Shown: positions 16,309 to 25,860, counted from the first letter of the stretch. The stretch: DNA of 32,000 nucleotides from Patescibacteria group bacterium (GCA_041674405.1 JBAYVT010000004.1:30001-62000), one strand, 5' to 3'. Notes: generated by a model from the sequence alone, not told the origin. Made by a program: numbers and translations.

Positions 16309-17067
16309 ATGAACTTACAGGCAATTTTAGAGGAATTCGGGCTTTCCAAACGCCAGGCCAGCGTCTATCTGGCAAATTTGGAGTTGGGAGAGGCGAGTGT
16401 TGCTCAAATTGCCGAAAAAGCTCAAATCGAGCGTACTGGCACCTACTACGTTATAGAATCGCTGTGCGGCAAAGGCCTTATCGTCGAGATTGAGCGAGGC
16501 AAAAAAGATTTTTTTGTCGCCATCGAGCCAAAAGAGCTGCTATCAATTGCAAAAAGAAGAGAAAAGTTGATATTAGAACACCTGCAGGAATTTGAGGCCT
16601 TTTCGAATATCTCCTCGGAGAAACCTCATGTCCGCCTTTACACCGGAATCAACGGAATAAAAACGGTTTTTTTAAAAACAATTGAGAAACCAAAAATACA
16701 GATGCTGGGCTTTTCACCCTACAGAACAGCCGAGAAAACCGCCTGGTACAACGGCAAAGAGTATGTGGAATGGGGTTTGGACTATATCAGGAAACGAGCC
16801 TCCAGAAGGATTTTCGCTCGCACCATCGCTGAAGATACACCGGAATCACAAGCGCGCAAGGGGAGAGACGCTGAAGAACTGCGGGAAACACGTCTGGTTC
16901 CACACGATAAATTCCTGTTCACCAACGAAATAGCCATCCTCGACGATTGGGTCGCGGTAATTTCATACAAAGAGATGGCTGCGCTTGTAATTGAATCAAA
17001 AGAATTTACTAAAACAATGAGATCAATTTTTGAACTAGCATGGGATGGAGCGGAAAAATATTTGTAG
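16309..17067 (+). CDS. TrmB-family helix-turn-helix transcriptional regulator
   Basis: 252 aa; LQAILEEFGLSKRQASVYLANLELGEASVAQIAEKAQIERTGTYYVIESLCGKGLIVEIERGKKDFFVAIEPKEL. Confidence 0.85.
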   Translation: MNLQAILEEFGLSKRQASVYLANLELGEASVAQIAEKAQIERTGTYYVIESLCGKGLIVEIERGKKDFFVAIEPKELLSIAKRREKLILEHLQEFEAFSNISSEKPHVRLYTGINGIKTVFLKTIEKPKIQMLGFSPYRTAEKTAWYNGKEYVEWGLDYIRKRASRRIFARTIAEDTPESQARKGRDAEELRETRLVPHDKFLFTNEIAILDDWVAVISYKEMAALVIESKEFTKTMRSIFELAWDGAEKYL

Positions 17068-17119
17068 CCCAACGGATATTTCAGTTAATAATTTTTGACT
17101 TGCAATTTTGATTTTTGAG

Positions 17120-17599
17120 CTATTTAAGTTGGAGCGCGTCTCCAATTTTTATATTATTTTGAGAAACTATACCCGCCTTAAGTTCCAGAACCTCATTTAT
17201 ATCCGAATCCGGAACATAATTCGTAAGCTTATCTTCTGGCTCAACCGGAACATTTTCAACGATGCCTTTTACAATCCAGTCCTTCATCCAGACAATATCG
17301 ATTGGAAATTTCATCCCCTTCATCCAGAATGAGGGTTTGCCATAATTGTCAAAATAAAACAGCATCCCCTCATTGTCTTTTATATGATCGAATGCGGACA
17401 ATCCCATTTCGCGTTCAATTTGAGTCCTTGCCTCATAAACACTAAGCTCATGCCCCGAGATCACGATATCACGTTTGTTTAATTCGGTTTCGGCAATATT
17501 TTTAGGAGTCCTGATTTTCAAAAGAACAAAAGCAACGATCGATAACATAATTACGATCCATAAAATTCCTGAGGTTTTTGTATGTGTTGGGCGAGACAA
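17120..17599 (-). CDS. DUF192 family secreted/membrane-anchored protein
   Basis: 159 aa; N-terminal TM, ARTQIEREMGLSAFDHIKDNEGMLFYFDNYGKPSFWMKGMKFPIDIVWM is characteristic of DUF192. Confidence 0.88.
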   Translation of the reverse strand: MSRPTHTKTSGILWIVIMLSIVAFVLLKIRTPKNIAETELNKRDIVISGHELSVYEARTQIEREMGLSAFDHIKDNEGMLFYFDNYGKPSFWMKGMKFPIDIVWMKDWIVKGIVENVPVEPEDKLTNYVPDSDINEVLELKAGIVSQNNIKIGDALQLK

Positions 17600-17714
17600 A
17601 GGTCGCTACGCTCCAAATTACAATGATAAATTACAAACAAATTGTAAATCAAAAAATCACAATGCTCAAATTGTGATTTTCCATGTCTAATTCGTGTGTT
17701 TAATCTTGTAGTTC

Positions 17715-18227
17715 CTACTGCTTGTTTGATTTTTTCGGTTTAATTACAATTCTTCTGTCTTGGCCGGTACCGATTGATTCTGATTCTACATCGGCAATAT
17801 TGGAAACAACCATGTGCACAATCCTTCTTTCGTATGAAGACATTGGGCTTAGCTCTTCGGATATTCCCGTGGCAAGCACTTGAAATGCTTTTTCCCGTGC
17901 ATGTTTTTTGGTGCCTTCAATCCTTTTGTCGCGATATCCGTCTATGTCAATAACCAGAGATTTGTTGTGCTGAGCGATTTCCTTTCCCATTATTGAGCGC
18001 AGAATATGCTGAAAAGACTCCAAGCCCTCCCCCCCTTTGCCAATTAGCAGAGCCGGCGATTCTAGGTTGAAGTTCATAAAAACTATATTGTCTTTAAATG
18101 TAACAATGGGATCAGCATCAAAGCCCATTAGGTCTAGGAGATTTTTTGAGTTGTCTTTAATTTTTAGGATCAATTCTTCCATTCTTGTCCTTCGATTTAA
18201 GTCTGCTGCAAAAGAATAATACCGCAC
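17715..18227 (-). CDS. jag: Jag/KhpB-like KH-R3H RNA-binding protein
   Basis: 170 aa; LLIGKGGEGLESFQHILRSIMG (KH), SYERRIVHMVVSNIADVESESIGTGQDRRIVIKP (R3H); next to yidC. Confidence 0.9.
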   Translation of the reverse strand: MRYYSFAADLNRRTRMEELILKIKDNSKNLLDLMGFDADPIVTFKDNIVFMNFNLESPALLIGKGGEGLESFQHILRSIMGKEIAQHNKSLVIDIDGYRDKRIEGTKKHAREKAFQVLATGISEELSPMSSYERRIVHMVVSNIADVESESIGTGQDRRIVIKPKKSNKQ

Positions 18228-18256
18228 CCACCCAATTGAATCAATGCCCGTGCCGG

Positions 18257-19141
18257 CTATTTCTTTTCGCGTATGGTAATCGACACGCCTTTTTTCTTGT
18301 CCTGTTTATCAAGCCGGCCCTGCATTACCTTTGTCATTAAGTCTTTTTTTGCTGGTTTTTCGGCTTTATTTTCTTTGGGTTCATCAATCTGTACAGGACT
18401 TAATTCAGCCGAATTTTCGTTTTTAGTTTTTAGTTTTTCGTTCCGGATGTTTGTATTCACGTAATACTGCTGGCCGATGCTAAAAATTGTAGTGATAATC
18501 CAGTAAATCACCAAAGCCGCGGGAACAGACCGGGCGATGAAAATGGTGATTAGGGGAAAAAGAAATATCATCTGTTTGTTCATCATTGCCATCGGATCAT
18601 TCTTTTGTGTAGGAGAAGCCTTTGGAAGAGTCATCCACGAAAGTAACATCTGCGTGGCACCGGCAATAATCGGCAGAATCCACAAATCGTGCAGTGCCAG
18701 ATTAAACCCTAAAAATACCGTGTGCAAGGCTTCTGGGCGCGGCGTAAAGGAGTACAAAAGGTCATACCGAGAAGTATCAAGGCCGATTTGGAATACTTGA
18801 TATAGAATAATGATGATTGGAAGCTGAATTAAGAGAGGCAAACACGAGCCCCAAGGGGACGTCCCCTCTTCTTTGTAGAGCCTCATCATTTCCTCATTCA
18901 TTTTTTTCGGATCATCTTTGTGTTTCGTCCTGATTTCATTCATCTTTGGCTGAACCGCTTGCAGCTTTACACTCGCTTTTGCCGCCTTAAGGGAGCTTGG
19001 CAACAGAATCAAACGGATAATGATCGTTAAAATGACAATAGACCAACCCACAGAACCGCCCGTTGCCCATGCGAAAAAGATTAGAAGATTATAAAACGGA
19101 ATATAGAGCACTGCTCTAAAAATTTCTTTAATAAAACTCAT
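18257..19141 (-). CDS. yidC: Membrane protein insertase YidC/Oxa1
   Basis: 294 aa; MSFIKEIFRAVLYIPFYNLLIFFAW..., QPKMNEIRTKHKDDPKKMNEEMMRLYKEEGTSPWGSCLPLLIQLPIIIILYQVF, MMNKQMIFLFPLITIFIARSVPAALVIYWIITTIFSIGQQ. Confidence 0.95.
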   Translation of the reverse strand: MSFIKEIFRAVLYIPFYNLLIFFAWATGGSVGWSIVILTIIIRLILLPSSLKAAKASVKLQAVQPKMNEIRTKHKDDPKKMNEEMMRLYKEEGTSPWGSCLPLLIQLPIIIILYQVFQIGLDTSRYDLLYSFTPRPEALHTVFLGFNLALHDLWILPIIAGATQMLLSWMTLPKASPTQKNDPMAMMNKQMIFLFPLITIFIARSVPAALVIYWIITTIFSIGQQYYVNTNIRNEKLKTKNENSAELSPVQIDEPKENKAEKPAKKDLMTKVMQGRLDKQDKKKGVSITIREKK

Positions 19142-19279
19142 TAAGTTCCTTATTGTTACATTGCTAAATGGTTAAATTGTTATTTTTCAAGTTTGTCATT
19201 TGTATATTTTATCAAGTAATTTATTGATCGCGGAAGCTTTTGTAAGTGCTCCAAAAATAAAACAATTTAACAATGCGGG

Positions 19280-19513
19280 CTATTTGACTTCGTCAATTCC
19301 GCCACCACTCCATGGATTACATCTTAAAACGCGCCAAAACGCAAGTGCAAGGCCCTTTCCGGCCCCGTATTTCATCACCGCTTGGCGGCCATATTCCGAA
19401 CAATGCGGAGTATATTTGCAATATCCGCCTGAAAATCTTGCCGAAAACCAACCGGTGTCAGGAGACAATGTCCGCTGATATAATTCAATAATTTTTATAA
19501 CAATCTTTTTCAT
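19280..19513 (-). CDS. yidD: Membrane protein insertion efficiency factor YidD
   Basis: 77 aa; IELYQRTLSPDTGW...CKYTPHCSEYGRQAVMKYGAGKGLALAFWRVLRCNPWSGGGIDEV. Confidence 0.95.
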   Translation of the reverse strand: MKKIVIKIIELYQRTLSPDTGWFSARFSGGYCKYTPHCSEYGRQAVMKYGAGKGLALAFWRVLRCNPWSGGGIDEVK

Positions 19514-19851
19514 TTAATTACATTTGCTCTTTTTAAGCCCTCTATTATCTGTAGTTTAATTTTTCCGTAATTATATGGCAGGGGAAAGTCTTGTTTAACC
19601 ATAATCGCTACATCAAAGCCTTGGTTTATCTGTGGCCAAGTTTCTTGCACAATGGCTCTCAGGCGTCTTCGAAGGGCATTGCGGCGGCTTGCCCTTTTAT
19701 CAATCTTGTTTGAAACAACAAATCCAAACCGGGATTTGTCCCGCCCCTTTGCAACACGAAAAACGAGGTTTTCTGTATAAATCGGTTTGGATGATTTAAA
19801 AATCTTCTGAAAATCTTTATTGGTTCGAAGTCTGTTTTGTTTTGGAAGCAT
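19510..19851 (-). CDS. rnpA: Ribonuclease P protein component
   Basis: 113 aa; MLPKQNRLRTNKDFQKIFKSSK...RFGFVVSNKIDKRASRRNALRRRLRAIVQE. Confidence 0.93.
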   Translation of the reverse strand: MLPKQNRLRTNKDFQKIFKSSKPIYTENLVFRVAKGRDKSRFGFVVSNKIDKRASRRNALRRRLRAIVQETWPQINQGFDVAIMVKQDFPLPYNYGKIKLQIIEGLKRANVIK

Positions 19852-19889
19852 GAGCCGATTTTAGCACAAATATGAGCTTAATACGAATA

Positions 19890-19929
19890 AACACAGAGAC
19901 AGCCACCTCGATGCGAGATGGCTGCCCTG
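19890..19929 (-). terminator. Hairpin terminator downstream of the GC-rich 19954-20466 gene
   Basis: Minus strand CAGCCATCTCG-CAT-CGAGGTGGCTG (one mismatch/GU) followed by TCTCTGTGTTTATT. Confidence 0.55.
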
Positions 19930-19953
19930 AAAGTCCCTCCAGGTTGTTGGTCG

Positions 19954-20466
19954 CTAGAAGCGGCCGATGTTGTACTGGGCGCAGACGCTGTCGTCCTGCC
20001 CATCCACGCAGAGCCGGTATAGCCCTGATGCGCGGCCGGACTTCCAACAGAACTGGATGGTCTGGTAGGGCTTGCACCCCGCCTGGTATTTCACATACCC
20101 CATCGCATCCAGGCCCCTCACGATCTTGACCGGCGGCGTCGTAACGTCCGCCCGCCACGGGTCGTATCCCCACACACGAAGACACGAATTCCAGGGGTTG
20201 ACCTCGGCGCCGAGCCTCAGCCGCTCATTGTCCGTCCTGGCAAGCCAGAGGACATCGGCCGGCTTGTACCCTGCCATCAGCAGAGTGTAGGGCCCGTCCA
20301 CCTGCTGTTCGGCGTAGAACCACGCCGAACCGCGAGCAACGGTCACGGTTGCAGCCGTGTACTCGCCTTGGACGAACACACCCGGAGACACCGACACCTC
20401 GTCCGCGAAAGCGACCGAGACGGACAAAGCCAACATTGCGATCAGAACAGCGGTAATAGCGCGCAT
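19954..20466 (-). CDS. GC-rich secreted protein of unknown function
   Basis: 170 aa; signal peptide MRAITAVLIAMLALSVSVAFA|DEVSV; SD CAGGAGGCGCAAACATG; four Cys in the mature part; no family recognised. Confidence 0.7.
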   Translation of the reverse strand: MRAITAVLIAMLALSVSVAFADEVSVSPGVFVQGEYTAATVTVARGSAWFYAEQQVDGPYTLLMAGYKPADVLWLARTDNERLRLGAEVNPWNSCLRVWGYDPWRADVTTPPVKIVRGLDAMGYVKYQAGCKPYQTIQFCWKSGRASGLYRLCVDGQDDSVCAQYNIGRF

Positions 20467-20513
20467 GTTTGCGCCTCCTGTACCCGAAATTGTACGCCTG
20501 ATACCGACAATTC

Positions 20514-20542
20514 AATATATACTATTTCTCATCAATTGTCAA
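20514..20542 (-). promoter_or_regulatory. Sigma70-like promoter for the GC-rich 20466 gene
   Basis: Minus strand TTGACA (20537-20542), 17-nt spacer, TATATT (20514-20519). Confidence 0.65.
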
Positions 20543-20646
20543 TCTTCTCGAGCACAAAAAAAGAACCCGTGGGGCTCCCAAATACATGATTAAATGGTTA
20601 TATTATTATTCTCAACAATTTAGCAATACAGCAATTTAGCAATTTA

Positions 20647-20784
20647 TTAGGCTGAAAGTTTCGCTCTGCCTTTCGCTCGGCGGTTTGCAAGAACATTTCT
20701 GCCGGCACGAGAAGCCATGCGCGAGAAAAACCCGTGTTTCTTTGCCCTTCTTCTTTTGTTTGGTTGGTATGTGCCTTTTTTCAT
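20647..20784 (-). CDS. rpmH: 50S ribosomal protein L34 (start trimmed from ORF-track 20940)
   Basis: 45 aa; [45 protein letters not shown]. Confidence 0.95.
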   Translation of the reverse strand: MKKGTYQPNKRRRAKKHGFFSRMASRAGRNVLANRRAKGRAKLSA

Positions 20785-20833
20785 AAGATCATTCTTCAAA
20801 AATAAAAACACCGAAATCGTGTTTGACTTAAGT

Positions 20834-20862
20834 AAAGTACCATAATTAATAGTTAAAGTCAA
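20834..20862 (-). promoter_or_regulatory. Sigma70-like promoter for rpmH
   Basis: Minus strand TTGACT (20857-20862), 17-nt spacer, TACTTT (20834-20839). Confidence 0.4.
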
Positions 20863-20974
20863 CGATTTAGAGATAGTGGCTTTGCCCAGTGAAGAGCCCG
20901 AAACTGAACGAAGTGAATTTTGGAGTGTCTTCACGGACAAAGCAATACAATATATGCGTGCAGGAGTAAGGGTC

Positions 20975-21021
20975 TTAGGGGGCTAGAGGGCTGCCCCGCA
21001 ATTAAGCCCTCTGCCCCCTAA
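20975..21021. repeat. Strong hairpin in the rpmH-dnaA intergenic spacer
   Basis: TTAGGGGGCTAGAGGGCT (20975-20992), 12-nt loop, AGCCCTCTGCCCCCTAA (21005-21021): 17-bp stem with one bulged T. Confidence 0.85.
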
Positions 21022-21114
21022 TATAATGGCTATTTTATTTGTAGGTTTCTCGGCAAGCTCGAAATGACAAGTGTATTTGAGATTGTCTGCCGTACTACGT
21101 CAGACAAGGCATTA

Positions 21115-21138
21115 ATCCCGAGCTTGTCGAGGGATTGA
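21115..21138 (+). repeat. 24-nt direct repeat, copy 1
   Basis: ATCCCGAGCTTGTCGAGGGATTGA, identical to 21210-21233. Confidence 0.9.
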
Positions 21139-21209
21139 CTCATTCGACTGTGCTCAGAGTCAATCCAAAAACTTTGAGTAATTTATCACCATTATAGCCA
21201 CAGCAATTT

Positions 21210-21233
21210 ATCCCGAGCTTGTCGAGGGATTGA
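21210..21233 (+). repeat. 24-nt direct repeat, copy 2
   Basis: ATCCCGAGCTTGTCGAGGGATTGA, identical to 21115-21138. Confidence 0.9.
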
Positions 21234-21293
21234 CACACCCTGTGGATAACTTGATATAGTTTTTACATAAGATTAATTGCCTTAAGGAACTGA

Positions 21294-22682
21294 ATGGACC
21301 TGGTCGAAATTTGGCGAAATTCATTAGGTGAACTCGAAGTGTCCATATCACGGGCCAATTTCACGACGTGGTTTAAAAATACTTTTATTCTCGACTTCAA
21401 AAAGGGCATTTTAACAATCGGGGTGCCAACTTTTTTTGTTGAGGATTGGCTCAAGAAAAAATATTTGTCCGAAATTGAAAAGGCACTAGCTCACCAGATC
21501 AGCGAGGAAATAAAACAAATAAAGTTTAAGGTTGCCACCCCTTCCACAGAGCAAGTAGTCAGGTTTGAAAAAGACAAAGTTGTCCACACCCCTGTGGATA
21601 ACAAGGAGGCTATTAAACCGACTCACATCGTTCAGACTTTAACAGAAAATTCGACACTAAATGACTATTATAGATTCGACAATTTTGTTGTAGGCTCATC
21701 CAACCAATTGGCATACGCTGCTGCCGACGCGGTTTCAAAAACCCCTGGAATTGTTTACAATCCTTTATTCATTTATGGCGATTCAGGTCTCGGCAAAACT
21801 CACCTAATGCAAGCCATCGGGCATCACGTCCTTTCAAAAAATCCAAACAAACGCATCCTTTATGTTAGTTCGGAAACTTTTGTTAATGATTATATTTCGG
21901 CTGTTGAGTCTGGTTCTGGAAAAGCAAAAGATTTCAAAAACCGTTATCGCAACGTCGATGTCCTTTTAATTGACGATATTCAATTTTTATCAGGCAAAGA
22001 GGGGACACAAGAAGAATTTTTTCACACCTTTAATCATTTACACCAAAACAAGAAACAAGTTGTCCTTACCGCTGACCGCACCCCGAAAGCAATTAAAGGG
22101 CTTGAGAGGCGCTTACAAACGCGTTTTGAGGGTGGAATGGTAGCTGACATCGGATTACCGGATTTAGAAACAAGAGCGGCAATTCTGCGACAGAAAGCCA
22201 AAGTTCAAAACTTTGAAGTGCCGGATGATGTCATCAACCATATTGCAGAAAATATTAAATCATCGGTCCGCGAGCTCGAAGGAGCATTGACTAAAATTTT
22301 TGCATTTTGCAATCTAAAACAATGCGAACCAAATATGTCGGTGGCTTCAGAAATATTAGGTAATATTATTGAAGACAGAAGAACCACTATTACTCCAGAT
22401 CTAATCATCCGAGAAATATGCAAATATTTTCATGTCCCTGTTGAGGATTTACTTGGCAGAAAAAGAAATAAAGAGATTGTGCGGCCAAGGCAGGTTGCAA
22501 TGTATCTTTTGCGCCACGAGGCATCACTTTCTTTTCCGGAAATTGGGCGGGAAATGGGAGGAAAAGACCACACTACTATTATGCATGGATGCACGAAGGT
22601 AGAGAGTGAAATATCACAAGACTTAAGGTTAAAAGATGAAATATCAAATATTAAAAACAAAGTTCATCTGGTAGTTTCTTAA
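21294..22682 (+). CDS. dnaA: Chromosomal replication initiator DnaA
   Basis: 462 aa; NPLFIYGDSGLGKTHLMQAIGHHV (Walker A), VDVLLIDDIQFLSGKEGTQEEFFHTFN, DnaA domain IV VEDLLGRKRNKEIVRPRQVAMYLLRHEASLSFPEIGREMGGKDHTTIMHGCTKVE. Confidence 0.97.
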   Translation: MDLVEIWRNSLGELEVSISRANFTTWFKNTFILDFKKGILTIGVPTFFVEDWLKKKYLSEIEKALAHQISEEIKQIKFKVATPSTEQVVRFEKDKVVHTPVDNKEAIKPTHIVQTLTENSTLNDYYRFDNFVVGSSNQLAYAAADAVSKTPGIVYNPLFIYGDSGLGKTHLMQAIGHHVLSKNPNKRILYVSSETFVNDYISAVESGSGKAKDFKNRYRNVDVLLIDDIQFLSGKEGTQEEFFHTFNHLHQNKKQVVLTADRTPKAIKGLERRLQTRFEGGMVADIGLPDLETRAAILRQKAKVQNFEVPDDVINHIAENIKSSVRELEGALTKIFAFCNLKQCEPNMSVASEILGNIIEDRRTTITPDLIIREICKYFHVPVEDLLGRKRNKEIVRPRQVAMYLLRHEASLSFPEIGREMGGKDHTTIMHGCTKVESEISQDLRLKDEISNIKNKVHLVVS

Positions 22683-23118
22683 TTTTCCACATCGGTTTGG
22701 AAATAAAAACAGATATTTATTGTAATAACATTAATAATAAGGCCTGTGGATAGTGTGGAAATCTTTAAAAAATGTTTATCACTTTAACAATTTCAATAAA
22801 TATCCTGTGAATTAATTAGTGCACAAGCTGTGTCTTTCCTGTGAAAAAAGCTTTGTAAGTTGTTTATAACTTTTTCAATAAATTTTATCTTTGGAATAAT
22901 TCACATAAATATCCACAATTTTCCACAAGAAAAATCTCAGTTATCCACATATCACAAACAAGAAATAAGAAATAAGAAATGTGGTACTACAAAATTAGCC
23001 ATTAACCAAAACCAAAATTATCCACCACCCTGTGGAAAACATCAAAAGTAAATATCAAGCAAAAACCAATACATTATCTAATTAACCAGCCAATCAATTA
23101 ACTAAGAATAGAGGAAAA
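22683..23118. promoter_or_regulatory. Candidate oriC (dnaA-dnaN intergenic, AT-rich, DnaA-box-like motifs)
   Basis: TGTGGATAG 22745, ATATCCACA 22909, TTATCCACA 22941-22949 (exact), TTATCCACC 23018-23026, plus TGTGGAAAA near 23031; AT-rich spacer. Confidence 0.65.
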
Positions 23119-24222
23119 ATGAAAGCGACAATATTACAATCGAATTTTTCAAAAGCAATTAATGTGGTTTCTCGTGTGGTTGGAACCCGCACAACGTTGC
23201 CAGTTTTAAACAATATTCTGCTTTCGATAGATAAAGGAAAAATCAAACTATCGGCAACCGATTTGGAGGTTGCTATCACAACCCAGGTTATCGGAAAAAT
23301 TGATGATTCGGGAAAGGTTACAATTCCAGCGAGACTCTTGTCCGATTTTGTCCACAATAACAGCGATGAGCAGATTTCTATTGAAACAAAAGATCTTTCC
23401 GTAAATTTGAGATCAGACAGATTTGAGGCAACAATCCAAGGTATTGATGCCGATGAATTCCCTACAATCCCCGATATGGACAAAGATGCTTTCTGTGAAC
23501 TTGCCGGGAAAGACTTAATTGATGTACTTAAAAAGGTCACTATATCCGCTGCAAATGATGAAACACGGCCGGTGCTAGCTGGTGTTTATATGAAATTTGA
23601 GGGAAAATCAGCAATTTTTGCTGCCACGGATTCATACAGACTGTCAGAAAAAAAGATTGCCCTTTCCAAGGAAGTAGAAAAAAAAGAAATCATTGTGCCG
23701 GCCCGAACCATGAATGAGCTACTTCGAATTCTTTCCGGTGAAATGGTGGAGAAAGTTAAATTAATCGCAGAAGAAAACCAAATTTCATTTGTGGTTGCCG
23801 ATACCCAGATCGTGTCGAGACTGATTGAGGGCAATTTCCCAAATTACGAACAGATTATTCCGAAGAGCTCGAAAATTAATGTTAAAGCCCCGACAAGCGA
23901 AACTCTTTCTGCTATTAAAATGTCGGCTCTTTTTGCCAAAGACATGGCAAACAACATCAAAATCATATGCAACAAAGATGGTATGACCGTAAAATCGGCA
24001 ACAACCGGCGCCGGATCGACAACATCACATGTGAAGGCAAATGTTTCCGGAGGTGAAATCGAGGTATCATTCAACGCCAGGTATCTTTTGGATGTGATAA
24101 ATATTCTTCCCGATGAAGACATTGTCCTAAGCTTTAATGATGAGGCGTCAGCCGGGGTTATTAAATCGGAAAAAGACAAAGAATTTGTCTATCTCGTCAT
24201 GCCACTAAGGACAGAACAATAA
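23119..24222 (+). CDS. dnaN: DNA polymerase III beta subunit (sliding clamp)
   Basis: 367 aa; MKATILQSNFSKAINVVSRVVGTRTTLPVLNNILL...EEKEFVYLVMPLR-type C-terminus. Confidence 0.96.
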   Translation: MKATILQSNFSKAINVVSRVVGTRTTLPVLNNILLSIDKGKIKLSATDLEVAITTQVIGKIDDSGKVTIPARLLSDFVHNNSDEQISIETKDLSVNLRSDRFEATIQGIDADEFPTIPDMDKDAFCELAGKDLIDVLKKVTISAANDETRPVLAGVYMKFEGKSAIFAATDSYRLSEKKIALSKEVEKKEIIVPARTMNELLRILSGEMVEKVKLIAEENQISFVVADTQIVSRLIEGNFPNYEQIIPKSSKINVKAPTSETLSAIKMSALFAKDMANNIKIICNKDGMTVKSATTGAGSTTSHVKANVSGGEIEVSFNARYLLDVINILPDEDIVLSFNDEASAGVIKSEKDKEFVYLVMPLRTEQ

Positions 24223-24358
24223 TAGGAAATTTCATCCACAGAAACTTCACGCAGAAAAGCACAGAAAAACATTCCCGGTAGCCTGTTTCTCCGGAGAGAT
24301 TGGGGTTAAAGGTTCCGTGTGATTCTGTGTAATAATTCTGTGAGGTAAATACATTGCA

Positions 24359-25420
24359 ATGATATCTCGCTTGAAACTTGAAAACTATCGAAACTACGGC
24401 AAATTTGAGCTTGTCCTCGATAAATCCACTGTTCTTGTCGGCTTGAATGGCGTGGGGAAGACCAACATCCTCGAGGCTGTTGGTCTTTTATCATTTGGCA
24501 GGTCGTTTCGCGAAGAAGACAAGAAAAACTTAGTCAAATTCGATGCAGATTACGCTCGCATTACAGGTGACGAACTTACGCTGTATTTGCAGAAAAATCC
24601 ACGACTTTTAGCCGCGGCCAAGGAGCGCGGAGTCAAAAAAAAGATGTCCGAATTTATCGGCACACTCTTAACAGTCGTGTTTTCGCCCGAAACTATAGAG
24701 ATAATTACCGGCTCGCCGGCCGAGAGGCGCCGCTTTCTTGATGTCATGATCTCTCAGGTTGAGCGGGAATATCTTCTGGCGCTTTCCGTCTACAACAAAG
24801 TCCGTAAACAGCGGAACCACTTATTGCAGCGGATCGGGGCGGGTGAGGCGTCCGAAACCGAGCTAAAATTCTGGGACGGAGAGCTTGTCAAGAGCGCCGA
24901 AATTATCAACGCGAGTAGGCGGGAGGCGGTAGTGTTTATCAATAAAATTTTGCCCGATTTTTACGCCAATATTTCCGGAGAGAAAGGGGAGCAGCCTAAG
25001 GTTGTTTATCACTGCAAATCGGGTGACGATTTGGCTGCGAAACTCGCTGAAAATTGGCGCCGCGAGGTGGCGTATGGAGCGACAATTTACGGCCCACACA
25101 GGGATGATCTCGAGTTCTATCTAGACACGCGCAATATGGCAAATTTTGCCTCGAGAGGCGAGATAAGATCGGCGATTCTGGCGCTCAAAGTCGCCGAACT
25201 CGAATTTTTAGAAAAGCATGTGAACGATCGGGCTGATCGGGAAGAGAAATATGCCTCCCCGATCCTCCTCCTAGACGATATTTTTTCCGAATTTGACCCG
25301 ATTCGCCGCGAGCATTTAGGAGCCCTTATTTTGAAGTATCAATCGCTGATAACAACGACAGAAAAAGCGCACCTATCAGCCGAGCTTCTAAAAAATTCTA
25401 AAATAATTGAGTTAAAATAA
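24359..25420 (+). CDS. recF: DNA replication/repair protein RecF
   Basis: 353 aa; MISRLKLENYRNYGKFELVLDKSTVLVGLNGVGKTNILEAVGLLSFGRSFR, GPHRDDLEFYL, ILLLDDIFSEFDPIRREHL. Confidence 0.95.
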   Translation: MISRLKLENYRNYGKFELVLDKSTVLVGLNGVGKTNILEAVGLLSFGRSFREEDKKNLVKFDADYARITGDELTLYLQKNPRLLAAAKERGVKKKMSEFIGTLLTVVFSPETIEIITGSPAERRRFLDVMISQVEREYLLALSVYNKVRKQRNHLLQRIGAGEASETELKFWDGELVKSAEIINASRREAVVFINKILPDFYANISGEKGEQPKVVYHCKSGDDLAAKLAENWRREVAYGATIYGPHRDDLEFYLDTRNMANFASRGEIRSAILALKVAELEFLEKHVNDRADREEKYASPILLLDDIFSEFDPIRREHLGALILKYQSLITTTEKAHLSAELLKNSKIIELK

Positions 25421-25424
25421 TATT

Positions 25425-25697
25425 ATGGACAAGATTGAGAAGTTATTGATGGGTGCTCTCAACAAGAAGGGGCTTGCTGGAGCGGCTACAAGCTCGCATG
25501 CCTGTTTTTTGGCCGAAAAATGGGGAAAGGGGCGGCTCAAAGCCATATCCTGCTCTCGGGGGATTCTGAAGGTCTCTGTGAGCTCATCCGCTGCTGCCCA
25601 GGAACTCTCTATGGACGAAGAAGAATTGCTCTCTCATATCAATGTTAAGATGGGTCGAGAATGCGTTAAGCGTTTACGTATAATCAACTCTGATTAA
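25425..25697 (+). CDS. DUF721 (DciA-like) protein
   Basis: 90 aa; short protein after recF with LKAISCSRGILKVSVSSSAAAQELSMDEEELLSHINVKMGRECVKRLRI. Confidence 0.75.
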   Translation: MDKIEKLLMGALNKKGLAGAATSSHACFLAEKWGKGRLKAISCSRGILKVSVSSSAAAQELSMDEEELLSHINVKMGRECVKRLRIINSD

Positions 25698-25860
25698 ACG
25701 CGAAAGAGCCGCGTTGATCTTGAAGCCCCGCGATTTCCAATCGCGAGGCGTATTCAGCCAAAAAAGATTGGCTGATTTTTGGTACCGCAGGGCGAGTGGG
25801 AGAGTGATTTAAGGATATCAAAATTCTAATTGTAAATGTCAAATAATTATCCACAGAACC

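Noticed and set aside
17129-17150. TTGGAGCGCGTCTCCAATTTTT as a terminator for the TrmB-like gene
   Set aside because: The stem is short (6 bp) and overlaps the coding end of the DUF192 gene; plausible as a convergent terminator but not strong enough to list.
20785-20940. N-terminal extension of L34 in the ORF track
   Set aside because: Canonical L34 begins at [13 protein letters not shown] (20784), and a promoter-like element sits inside the extension.
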